Shown here piece by piece: positions 20,650 to 29,224 of a stretch of DNA of 64,000 nucleotides (its first letter is position 1; each line of letters starts with the position of its first letter). A program made the translations under genes and the position numbers. The notes below the pieces were generated by a model. It saw only the letters and a list, made by a program, of their open reading frames with translations. It had not been told where the DNA came from and did no database searches. Location of the stretch: NCBI GenBank assembly GCA_964560425.1, contig CAZLLE010000083.1:51743-115742 (forward strand), in the 5' to 3' direction. This stretch comes from an uncultured Campylobacterales bacterium (GTDB lineage Bacteria; Campylobacterota; Campylobacteria; Campylobacterales; QNZT01).

Positions 20650-23289
20650 TTGATGCGATATTTAGTTTTACTACTACTTCTTTTTACTTTTTCTAATGCT
20701 TTAAAAGTTGATGTGGAATATTTAAAAAGAGAGATATCTAATAATCCTCAAGAGATTAAATATAGGCTAATTTTGGCTAAATATTTTATTTCGCATGGGA
20801 ACAGTGTTGAAGCTAAAAAATATCTTCAAGAAGCTTTAGATATTGATTCTTCTAATAGAGATGCTATTAGTTATAAGCGTAGGCTTAATGAAGTTATAAA
20901 TTTTGAAAATTATCTGTTAACTCATGGTATTAATAATTTAAACCAAAAGAGTAAAATTTTTATTTTGCTTAATACTCTTTTTGATAAAAAAAACTATCAA
21001 GAGTATATCTCTGTTTATGAAAATTTAAATAGTATAAATGTTTCACTTAATCAAAAAAGTCATCTGCAAGCCATAAAATCATATTTGTCTATTGGAGATA
21101 CTCTTCATGTTCGTGCTATTTTAGATAAAAATTTAATAAAAAACTATAGTGATACTCTTTGGGCGGAAGCTAGAATCTGTATATTAGAAGAAAAATATAG
21201 TTGTGCTAGGGAATATTATCACAAATTACTTTCTCAAAGTTTAGATGAGAAATATTTTATAGAGCTTTTTGATTTGGCTGAAAAGAGGGTAGATTCTAAA
21301 GAGTTAGAGCTTCTTTATAGAGAGGTAAAATTACTATTTCCTAATAGAATGGTATCCAAAAATATAGCTCAAAAGTTTGGTAAATATAGAGATAAGGTGT
21401 TGAACTCTCTTCAAAGCAGTTATTATAAAAATAGAACATTAAATTCATTGCGACCTTATGCTTATAAACTACATGAAGTGGGTAAAATTGATGAATCAAT
21501 AGATGAGATAAAGAAGTTTATAGTTACTAATCCTAACGATAATGGGGCAAAATATCTTTTGGCAAAGATATACTCTTGGAGTGGTTATCCTCAAAAATCT
21601 ATATCTACACTAACTCCAGTTATAGATGATAATGGTGATAATTATGAGCTATTATCCTTTTTTGTTGATAATCTATATCAGGTGGGGGATTATAAAAGAT
21701 CTATTTTTTATCTTAATAGAATGTCGAAGTTGACAACAGATAAAGATGAACTCTCTAAAATAGATAAAAAATTATCTTCGCTCTTAAAACTTCGTAAAGA
21801 AAAATCTACAATAGAAGCTCAAGATTTTCTCTCCAAAGCTATAAAATATCACGAAGAGAAATCTTATAAATTAGCAATTTCATATTATGAGAAATATTAT
21901 AATTTTACTAAAGATAAAAAAATAACTAAAGAGATTGCTGAATTATCATTTTTAGTAGGGGATTTAGTAAAAGCTGAAAAATTTTATAGAATCTATCTAT
22001 TTACTTATCCTGATGATTTTTTTATGAATTTTAGATATGCCACTCTATTAGAAAGTAAAAGAGAGTATCAAAAAACTATACCTCTACTCAAAAGAGTTGT
22101 TAGTGCTAGAGATGAAAATTATTATTTAGCTAAGTACCATTTAGCCTTTAATCTAATGCTTCTTGATAATGATAGAAGTTGGCTAGAGTCTAGAAAGATT
22201 TTTCATTCATTAAAAGATGAGCTTACTTCTGATGAGAGTTATAAAGGATCAAAAAGTATGCTTCCTTTGATTACTCAAGCTTTGAAAAAGGTTGATAAGG
22301 AGCGTCCAAAAGCCTCTTCTTATAAAGATATTATGCTTGGAGCTGGACAAAAGAAGGTGATTGATGATGATATTTTTTATCCTATAAGTATAAAAATGGT
22401 TGATTCACTCTCTACATCTTCGCTTCTTGGTGTAGCTGAGAAGTTAAAAAATGATAAGCCTAGAGAAAAAATCACTCTAGAGTATAGATCTATAAATGAT
22501 GATACTATTTTTAGTACTAATTATGGTATTAGAGGTCGTAATCTAATCACTGTAGCTGGAAGACAATTTGGTGCAAGTGTAAATAAATTTAAGATTCGTA
22601 CAGATGAAAAAGAGCATGAAGCTACAACTGTTGCTCTGAATATGAACACAAAAAATATTAATGTTTCTATAGGTTTTAATAAATTTGCCGATTTTACAGA
22701 AGTAGTACCCAAGATTGAATATTCACAAAAAGTGGCAAACCATAATATAAATGTTGGATTATCTTATCAAAATGGTCTGTTTTCAAATTATCGTCAACAG
22801 ATGGTTGAATCAAAAGTAAAAAATTTACAGCTTACTTTTTATGATGCGATATTGTTACATAATTTAGAACATTCAGAAGTTTGGGCTCAGGCTAGTATTT
22901 ATGATAATGATGCTCAAGGTTATAGTTTGGGTTTTAATTATCCTCTATGGAAAATAGCTACTGATAATGCTCAATTACCTTTTCTTGTAAATGGTAATTA
23001 TGAATACAACACAAATCCAGAGGCTTCTTATAGTCCTTCTGAATTTTATGATTCAAATTTTATTGATGTTCGCCCCAAATTATCTTTAGGTAGAGGTACT
23101 TATCTATCAGGTTTGGGTGGTATGGGATATTCACTAGAGAGTAAGGATATGTTATTTCATTATGGTCTTAGTTCTAGTATATTACTTTTTGATGTGGTTG
23201 AGTTTTTATTAAATTGTCAGCATATGCAGAGTCAGTATAGTAAGTATGGCTCTGATGAGTGTAGTGCAAATCTGGGATATGTATGGTAA
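20650..23289 (+). CDS. TPR-repeat plus C-terminal beta-barrel outer-membrane exopolysaccharide export protein (PgaA/BcsC-like)
   Basis: It has a signal peptide (LLLLLFTFSNA), about 550 aa of TPR-like helical repeats, and a last ~300 aa with an alternating-strand pattern ending ANLGYVW. The likely true start is ATG 20653, after AGGGA. Confidence 0.75.
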   Translation: MMRYLVLLLLLFTFSNALKVDVEYLKREISNNPQEIKYRLILAKYFISHGNSVEAKKYLQEALDIDSSNRDAISYKRRLNEVINFENYLLTHGINNLNQKSKIFILLNTLFDKKNYQEYISVYENLNSINVSLNQKSHLQAIKSYLSIGDTLHVRAILDKNLIKNYSDTLWAEARICILEEKYSCAREYYHKLLSQSLDEKYFIELFDLAEKRVDSKELELLYREVKLLFPNRMVSKNIAQKFGKYRDKVLNSLQSSYYKNRTLNSLRPYAYKLHEVGKIDESIDEIKKFIVTNPNDNGAKYLLAKIYSWSGYPQKSISTLTPVIDDNGDNYELLSFFVDNLYQVGDYKRSIFYLNRMSKLTTDKDELSKIDKKLSSLLKLRKEKSTIEAQDFLSKAIKYHEEKSYKLAISYYEKYYNFTKDKKITKEIAELSFLVGDLVKAEKFYRIYLFTYPDDFFMNFRYATLLESKREYQKTIPLLKRVVSARDENYYLAKYHLAFNLMLLDNDRSWLESRKIFHSLKDELTSDESYKGSKSMLPLITQALKKVDKERPKASSYKDIMLGAGQKKVIDDDIFYPISIKMVDSLSTSSLLGVAEKLKNDKPREKITLEYRSINDDTIFSTNYGIRGRNLITVAGRQFGASVNKFKIRTDEKEHEATTVALNMNTKNINVSIGFNKFADFTEVVPKIEYSQKVANHNINVGLSYQNGLFSNYRQQMVESKVKNLQLTFYDAILLHNLEHSEVWAQASIYDNDAQGYSLGFNYPLWKIATDNAQLPFLVNGNYEYNTNPEASYSPSEFYDSNFIDVRPKLSLGRGTYLSGLGGMGYSLESKDMLFHYGLSSSILLFDVVEFLLNCQHMQSQYSKYGSDECSANLGYVW

Positions 23290-24605
23290 AGGGGAGTGTA
23301 ATGAAGCAGGAACTCGATCAGGGTAATGTTTTTGTAATTGATGGTGATGAAAATGTTTGTATATTATCACATGTCTTACAACTGCAACATAGATATTTTG
23401 CAAATAAGATGTTATTTATATCATCAAAAGAGTCTTCATCTATAAAAGGTAATTTACAATATTTAAAAGATAAATTAGAGAAATTTGATGATATATATGC
23501 GAGGTTAAAATTTCTTTTTTTAAAAGAGTCTTGGCAAAATTTAAATGAAAAGTATGGAAACTCTTTTTTTAAAAATGAGTTAAATGATATTATTGGACAT
23601 GAGGGAGTAGGGACTATCTATTTTCATCATATTGATCTATTTTTTGATAATTTAGCTCCTCATGATATGCATGTTATTGTGAGTGATATTATTGGATTAG
23701 TTAAATATCATCATAAAAAAATTATTTTTTCATATAGTTCCAAACTTAGATTAGGATCAGTTTTAGATGATTTAATGCAAGAGTTTGTCGATATCACTTA
23801 TCATGTAACTAAAAATAGTGAACAAGTCTGTATGAATGAGGTTTTTTTTCATAAAAAGAGTGTTGTAAATCTTCTTCTTTTGACTCAAGATCCTCTTTTG
23901 GTAAAGTTTCATAGTTATATTTTTGATTGTCTAGGGCTTGTTAATTTTTTACATCTAGATGAGTTGACTAATGAGAATAAAGATAAATTATATAATGCAG
24001 ATATTATTGTATATCATTTGGCTGATGAAAAATTAAAAAATATGCTTTTAGAGTGGAATAATCAGAAAAAAGTCAAATCAAAACTTTTTCAACTTAGTTT
24101 TGAAAATTTGCATAGAAAACAAGATAAAATTATGGAGCTTCAAAGTGGATTTGACCATATTTTTGAACAAAATTTTGATCTACTAGATTATCTATTTCAT
24201 ATAGAAAATAGTGTCAAAGATAACTTTTATACTAAGAAGATGAAATATCTCCCTGTATTAAAAAATGCTGTTATTTTCGATGAAGGCATTTTTAAAAGGC
24301 AAATTGTTGACTTTATAGATAAAGAGATATTCTTCTCTATTGTAGTTATCTATTATGAATCAAGATATAAAATTGAGCTTCCACATTTAGAAGAGCTTAT
24401 TAGAGAAAATGATTATATCTATTTTGATGCAGGTGAGAGTAGAATAGTTTTTCTAATGTTGAATATGTTACCAACAACAGCGTATATGCTTTTAAAGTCT
24501 AGATTAGAAAAATCGCATATTTATATCAAAAAGCATCAGTTACATTGTGTAAATGATCTATATCCTACACTCTCTCATAAAAAAGAGACTGTATATGCTA
24601 CTTAG
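23283..24605 (+). CDS. cytoplasmic three-module protein with degenerate GGDEF (RxxD retained); candidate c-di-GMP receptor (BcsE/PelD-like)
   Basis: No TM segments. The C-terminal REND-YIYFD-AGESR-IVFLML aligns with RKSD-TFARW-GGEEF-VIILSQ of the cyclase at 59832-61139. The better start is ATG 23301, preceded by AAGGGGAG. Confidence 0.55.
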   Translation: MVKGSVMKQELDQGNVFVIDGDENVCILSHVLQLQHRYFANKMLFISSKESSSIKGNLQYLKDKLEKFDDIYARLKFLFLKESWQNLNEKYGNSFFKNELNDIIGHEGVGTIYFHHIDLFFDNLAPHDMHVIVSDIIGLVKYHHKKIIFSYSSKLRLGSVLDDLMQEFVDITYHVTKNSEQVCMNEVFFHKKSVVNLLLLTQDPLLVKFHSYIFDCLGLVNFLHLDELTNENKDKLYNADIIVYHLADEKLKNMLLEWNNQKKVKSKLFQLSFENLHRKQDKIMELQSGFDHIFEQNFDLLDYLFHIENSVKDNFYTKKMKYLPVLKNAVIFDEGIFKRQIVDFIDKEIFFSIVVIYYESRYKIELPHLEELIRENDYIYFDAGESRIVFLMLNMLPTTAYMLLKSRLEKSHIYIKKHQLHCVNDLYPTLSHKKETVYAT

Positions 24606-24619
24606 AGGAGGGTATAGAC

Positions 24620-25918
24620 ATGGTTAGAATATTGTTTCTATTTTTTATATTGCTATTTTTATCTTATACAAGTCTTACACAGCTGAATAATCTCTATCTG
24701 TATGGGGATACATTTGTTAAGTATGGAATTATTTTTATCTTAGTTTTCTCTTTGATTGTAATTGCTAGATATTTTATTCTGTTGCTTCTTTCGATGTTAA
24801 ATCTCTTTAGACATGTTAAATCTAAACAGAAGTATAACTATTATCATCAAAAAAAAGTTACTATTATTGTCCCTTGTTTTAATGAAGATAAGGTAATTAA
24901 AGCTTCATTAGAGTCTCTAAAAAAGCAGACATATCAAAATTATGAGATTATTGTTGTAGATGATGGTAGTAGTGATGATACTTTTAAAATTGCAAAACGG
25001 ATGGAATTTAATGATGGAAAGTGTAGGTTAATTGCTGTTACAAAAGAGAATGGTGGTAAAGCTAATGCTCTTAATCTTGGTATAGAGATGGCAAAGGGTG
25101 AGCTATTTTTGGCGGTTGATGCCGATTCTGTCCTCTCAAGAGATGCCTTGGAATTGATGGTTCCATATTTTGATGATCCTCGTGTGGGGGCTGTTGCTGG
25201 TTCTGTTTATGTTGTAAATCAAGATAATTTATGGACAAAACTTCAAGCTTTAGAGTATATTCAAGGATTAAATTTAGTAAGAAATGGTCAAGCGTATCTA
25301 AAACTTGTCAATATTATTCCCGGTCCCATTGGTATGTTTCGTCGTGATGCTGTATCCTCTTTGGGTGGTTATAGTGATGATACTTATGCAGAAGATTGTG
25401 ATTTGACTCTTAGATTAATCAATGAAAATTATAAAATTGATTATGAGATTGATGCTGTCTCATATACTGAAGCACCAGAGGAGCTTTTGGATCTACTAAA
25501 ACAGAGATATCGTTGGACAAGAGGTATTTTGCAATCTATTTTGAAGCATAAAATGAAGCTTGTCAATATCTTTTCAAATTTTTCGATGAGTATGGTTCTA
25601 TGGTATATGGTATTTGAGGCATTTTTATGGCCATTTGCCTCAATATTTGCAAATGTTTTTATTGTCTATCTAGGGGTTAGTTCTTCTCATAGTGAACTTC
25701 TTCTATATTGGTGGGTAATGTTTACAGTATTGGATGTTGTGGCTAGTATCTATTGTGTAAGTGTAACAAAAGAGCGTATGGGGCTTGTTTGGTACTCTCT
25801 CTATTATCGTATCTTTTTTATTAATGTGATTAATATAGCAAAGGTATTGGCAACTATTGAAGAGTTGTTTGGAATAGAGATGAGTTGGGGTAAATTAGAG
25901 AGAAAAGGAAAAATTTAA
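24620..25918 (+). CDS. processive family-2 glycosyltransferase (PgaC/IcaA/NodC-like polysaccharide synthase)
   Basis: It has 2 N-terminal and about 3 C-terminal TM helices. Motifs are VVDDGSSDD, AVDADS, AEDCDLT and QRYRWTRG. No PilZ domain is present. Confidence 0.88.
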   Translation: MVRILFLFFILLFLSYTSLTQLNNLYLYGDTFVKYGIIFILVFSLIVIARYFILLLLSMLNLFRHVKSKQKYNYYHQKKVTIIVPCFNEDKVIKASLESLKKQTYQNYEIIVVDDGSSDDTFKIAKRMEFNDGKCRLIAVTKENGGKANALNLGIEMAKGELFLAVDADSVLSRDALELMVPYFDDPRVGAVAGSVYVVNQDNLWTKLQALEYIQGLNLVRNGQAYLKLVNIIPGPIGMFRRDAVSSLGGYSDDTYAEDCDLTLRLINENYKIDYEIDAVSYTEAPEELLDLLKQRYRWTRGILQSILKHKMKLVNIFSNFSMSMVLWYMVFEAFLWPFASIFANVFIVYLGVSSSHSELLLYWWVMFTVLDVVASIYCVSVTKERMGLVWYSLYYRIFFINVINIAKVLATIEELFGIEMSWGKLERKGKI

Positions 25919-25920
25919 TC

Positions 25921-26121
25921 ATGGATATTAATATATTAGAAATTTTATCTTATACAGTTGTTACTATTACTGTATTGACAATGATATTTGGTGTTATTGC
26001 TTACTCTTTTTATAAAATTAGAGAGAGCAGGAGAAATGCTCAAAAAGATAATGCTCAAAATGAAGATAATGTATTGGAAAAAGATGAGTATCTATTTTTT
26101 GATGAGAAGGAGATTTTATGA
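25921..26121 (+). CDS. 66-aa single-pass membrane protein (possible synthase partner, PgaD/IcaD analogue)
   Basis: One TM segment (YTVVTITVLTMIFGVIAYSFY) is followed by a basic then acidic tail. It starts 2 nt after the GT2 stop and overlaps the next gene by 4 nt. Confidence 0.6.
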   Translation: MDINILEILSYTVVTITVLTMIFGVIAYSFYKIRESRRNAQKDNAQNEDNVLEKDEYLFFDEKEIL

Positions 26122-27986
26122 ATGTTGCAATAGATGAAAAAAAAGATTATTATGTTGCAAAATTGGGATTATCTCTAATTTTTTTGTTTGCCATTATGGC
26201 ATTTATGATGTACAAAATTCAACAAGGATCTGAAAATAGTGAAACTAAACCAAATTTTGCTGTACCAGTTCTTACTAATAACCCTATTTATATTGTAAAA
26301 TCATACTCCACTGCTTTAACATTTAGTAAAAATGGTTTAAGTAGTGATACTTATATTGAAAAATTGGACTCATTTAAAAAGTTTTTATCAGCAATGGGAT
26401 ATAAATCTTCCTATATTGATGAGGATAAAATTGGTTTATTAGATAAAAAAAGTATACTATTTTTACTTGATGCTGTATCTTTGAGTGATAGTGCTAAAGA
26501 TGGAATTAAGCTATTTACAAAAAATGGTGGATCACTATTTTTTAACTTTAATACAGGTTTTAGTGATGGTGATGGTAAATATATTGGAGATCAATTTGTA
26601 AATGATATTACCTCTTTGAAACTTAGTAAAAAGGGTTTTGTTAAATTTGAAGATGGTATTTTTATGACAAAAAAATTGCTTACCCCTATGTCCTCTTCTT
26701 ATCAAATGGGTGAACTACTATATCTTGTAATATATGATAATATTCCTATTTATGATAACCCAAATAGATTAAAACCAGATCTTATGGCATTGGCTTATAA
26801 TCAATCTTCTCCTCCTCGCGGTAAAGATAATATTGAAAAATTGACATTTTCTGAATCTGGAATAGGTTGGAGCGGTTATTATGGATATGGTAGATGGATT
26901 TATCTAAATTTCCCTAGTTACTCTTTTTATGAGACAGAAGGTAAAAGTAGTGAATTTGCAAAATTATTAAATGGCATGATCGATTATCTCTCTTCTGATA
27001 TCATTGTGGAAAAATTTCCTTATATTGATGAAGAGAGTGCTATATTCATATCAGAGGATACAGAGTATAGATTTGAAAATTTTGAAAAATTTTCTGATTT
27101 ATCTTTAAAGTATCAGATACCTGTAACAGCATTTATTGTAGCTAATTTAGCAGAAAATCCTCAGTATAAAGATTTAATGGCGAAAGTAGCAAAAAATCCA
27201 TATTTAGAGTTTGCTTCACATAGTACCTCACACAAAAAAATTGTTGGTGAATCAGAGGAATTTATCAAAAATGAGACAGTTGGTTCAAAAAACATAATTG
27301 ATAGATATGCACCAACTCCTATTGTTGGATTTAGACCTCCTAGAGAAGAGCTAAATGATATGATGAAAAAGTATCTACAAGAGGGTGGTTATAAATTTAT
27401 TTTACCAAAAACACAACAATATCTTTATCCTAAATTTGATGAAAAGTATAGAAATATCATGATGATTCCTCGCCATGGGACAGATGATTATGGTTATTTG
27501 GTAAATTTAGATTGGGATCAAAAGACAATTATAGATCAGATGAAAGAGGAGGCTAACTTTATTACTTATTTGAATGGTATATATACTTTGAGTATGCATA
27601 CACACCTCTTTGCTTATGATACAAATATCAATATTGTAGATAGGTTTTTTCAATATATCAAAAAAAACCCACAGCTTAAACCTCTTTCTGGGGCTCAAAT
27701 TTATAATAAAGTTACAGAAGCGATGGGGATAGATATCTCTTCTACTGTTCAATCAAATAGATTAGTTATTAGTGTAAAAAATAGTAATAGTAAAATTGTT
27801 AAAAATTTAAGTTTGAGGATTTTCAAAAATCCTTTGGATAAAATAGAAAAATTAGAATCAAATATGGAAAATATTACTCTTAAAATAAATAAACAAAGCG
27901 ATCAAGAGGTAGATATAAATATCAAAACTTTACAGCCAAATTCAGAGGTTCTACTTTTTGTAAACTATAAAAGAGAGAAAAGATGA
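26118..27986 (+). CDS. membrane-anchored polysaccharide deacetylase (CE4/NodB) with N-terminal domain of unknown function
   Basis: It has an N-terminal TM anchor. CE4 motifs are SEDTE, ASHSTSHKK, GFRPPREE and LSMHTHLF. The ~300 aa before and ~110 aa after the CE4 core are unassigned. Confidence 0.8.
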   Translation: MNVAIDEKKDYYVAKLGLSLIFLFAIMAFMMYKIQQGSENSETKPNFAVPVLTNNPIYIVKSYSTALTFSKNGLSSDTYIEKLDSFKKFLSAMGYKSSYIDEDKIGLLDKKSILFLLDAVSLSDSAKDGIKLFTKNGGSLFFNFNTGFSDGDGKYIGDQFVNDITSLKLSKKGFVKFEDGIFMTKKLLTPMSSSYQMGELLYLVIYDNIPIYDNPNRLKPDLMALAYNQSSPPRGKDNIEKLTFSESGIGWSGYYGYGRWIYLNFPSYSFYETEGKSSEFAKLLNGMIDYLSSDIIVEKFPYIDEESAIFISEDTEYRFENFEKFSDLSLKYQIPVTAFIVANLAENPQYKDLMAKVAKNPYLEFASHSTSHKKIVGESEEFIKNETVGSKNIIDRYAPTPIVGFRPPREELNDMMKKYLQEGGYKFILPKTQQYLYPKFDEKYRNIMMIPRHGTDDYGYLVNLDWDQKTIIDQMKEEANFITYLNGIYTLSMHTHLFAYDTNINIVDRFFQYIKKNPQLKPLSGAQIYNKVTEAMGIDISSTVQSNRLVISVKNSNSKIVKNLSLRIFKNPLDKIEKLESNMENITLKINKQSDQEVDINIKTLQPNSEVLLFVNYKREKR

Positions 27987-29224
27987 AACCTTTAGCCACT
28001 GCGGTACTATTAGTTATCGGAGTATTGGGTTCAATTATTTATGATGTGGAGAGGGGAGATATAAATTTCCCCTATCCTTCTCATATTGCTTATACTTATG
28101 GTTCTATTTCTCCCACTAGTAATACACAAGAAGAGAAAGATAAGATAGTAAGTGACTATTATGATATATGGAAAAAAAATTATCTTATAAAAGAGACAAA
28201 TAGTACATTACCCCTCTATAGAATTGCTACAGATATTAATAATATAACAAGAACCGTCTCTGAAGCACAAGGTTACGGCATGATTATTACTGCTATTATG
28301 GCAGGATATGATAAAGATGCCAAAGAGATTTTTGATGGTCTGTGGAGATTCTCTCGTCTCTATCCTAGCTCAATATCTTCTGATCTGATGGCATGGGAGA
28401 TTCCCAAAAAAGTAAAAAACTCAAATAGTGCTTTTGATGGTGATACTGATATGGCTTATGCACTATTAATAGCAGATAAACAATGGGGTTCTTCTGGAGA
28501 TATTCACTATACAAATGAGGCAAAAAAATTAATAGAAGCAATCTACAAATATACTATAGGAAAAGATAGTAAACTTCCTCTTCTTGGGGATTGGGAAGAC
28601 CCTTATGGTGAAAAATTTAACCAATTTACCCCTCGAACCTCTGATTTTATGTTGAGAAATTTTAGATCTTTTTATGCTTTTACTAAAGATAACAGGTGGT
28701 TAGAAGTTTTGGAAGCTTCACAATTAGCACTTATGAGTTTTCAAAAATATAGTGCACCATATACTGGATTGGTATCTGATTTTATTAAATTTGATTATGA
28801 AAAAAATTATTTTGTACCAACTCAACAACATTTTTTGGAGACTCATGATAATGCTTTTTATTATAATGCGTGTAGAGTACCACTTCGTATAGGAATGGAT
28901 GCTCTTTTGAGTGGAGATGATAGATCAATAGATATTACACAAAATATATCCTCATGGATTATTAATAGTACAAATGGAGATCCTACACTTATAAAAGGTG
29001 GATACATGATGGATGGTAAAGTGATTGGCAATTTTTTTACTACAGCTTTTGCCTCTCCTCTAGCCGTAGCTAGCATGCTCTCGCCAAAAGATCAAATATG
29101 GCTAAATAAAAATTATGATTTTATAAAAGATAGAGTAGAAAATTATTATGAAGATAGTTTAAATCTACTCTCTCTTTTAGTTTTGAGTGGTAATTTTTGG
29201 GACTCTGCTAAAACCCCAAAATAG
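27983..29224 (+). CDS. glycoside hydrolase family 8 (BcsZ/chitosanase-like)
   Basis: It has an N-terminal signal/anchor. GH8 signatures are TVSEAQGYGMII and SAFDGDTDMAYALLIADKQWG. Confidence 0.85.
   Translation: MKPLATAVLLVIGVLGSIIYDVERGDINFPYPSHIAYTYGSISPTSNTQEEKDKIVSDYYDIWKKNYLIKETNSTLPLYRIATDINNITRTVSEAQGYGMIITAIMAGYDKDAKEIFDGLWRFSRLYPSSISSDLMAWEIPKKVKNSNSAFDGDTDMAYALLIADKQWGSSGDIHYTNEAKKLIEAIYKYTIGKDSKLPLLGDWEDPYGEKFNQFTPRTSDFMLRNFRSFYAFTKDNRWLEVLEASQLALMSFQKYSAPYTGLVSDFIKFDYEKNYFVPTQQHFLETHDNAFYYNACRVPLRIGMDALLSGDDRSIDITQNISSWIINSTNGDPTLIKGGYMMDGKVIGNFFTTAFASPLAVASMLSPKDQIWLNKNYDFIKDRVENYYEDSLNLLSLLVLSGNFWDSAKTPK

Noticed and set aside
23209-23403. 64-aa minus-strand ORF across the porin/ORF2 junction, and the 31461-31652 + ORF across the lnt start
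   Set aside because: Both overlap better-supported genes on the other strand and have no RBS or recognisable features.
25921-26121. Calling the 66-aa protein PgaD or IcaD outright
   Set aside because: Size, TM number and sequence do not match what I remember of either protein. Only the genomic position is analogous, so it is kept as a hypothesis rather than an annotation.
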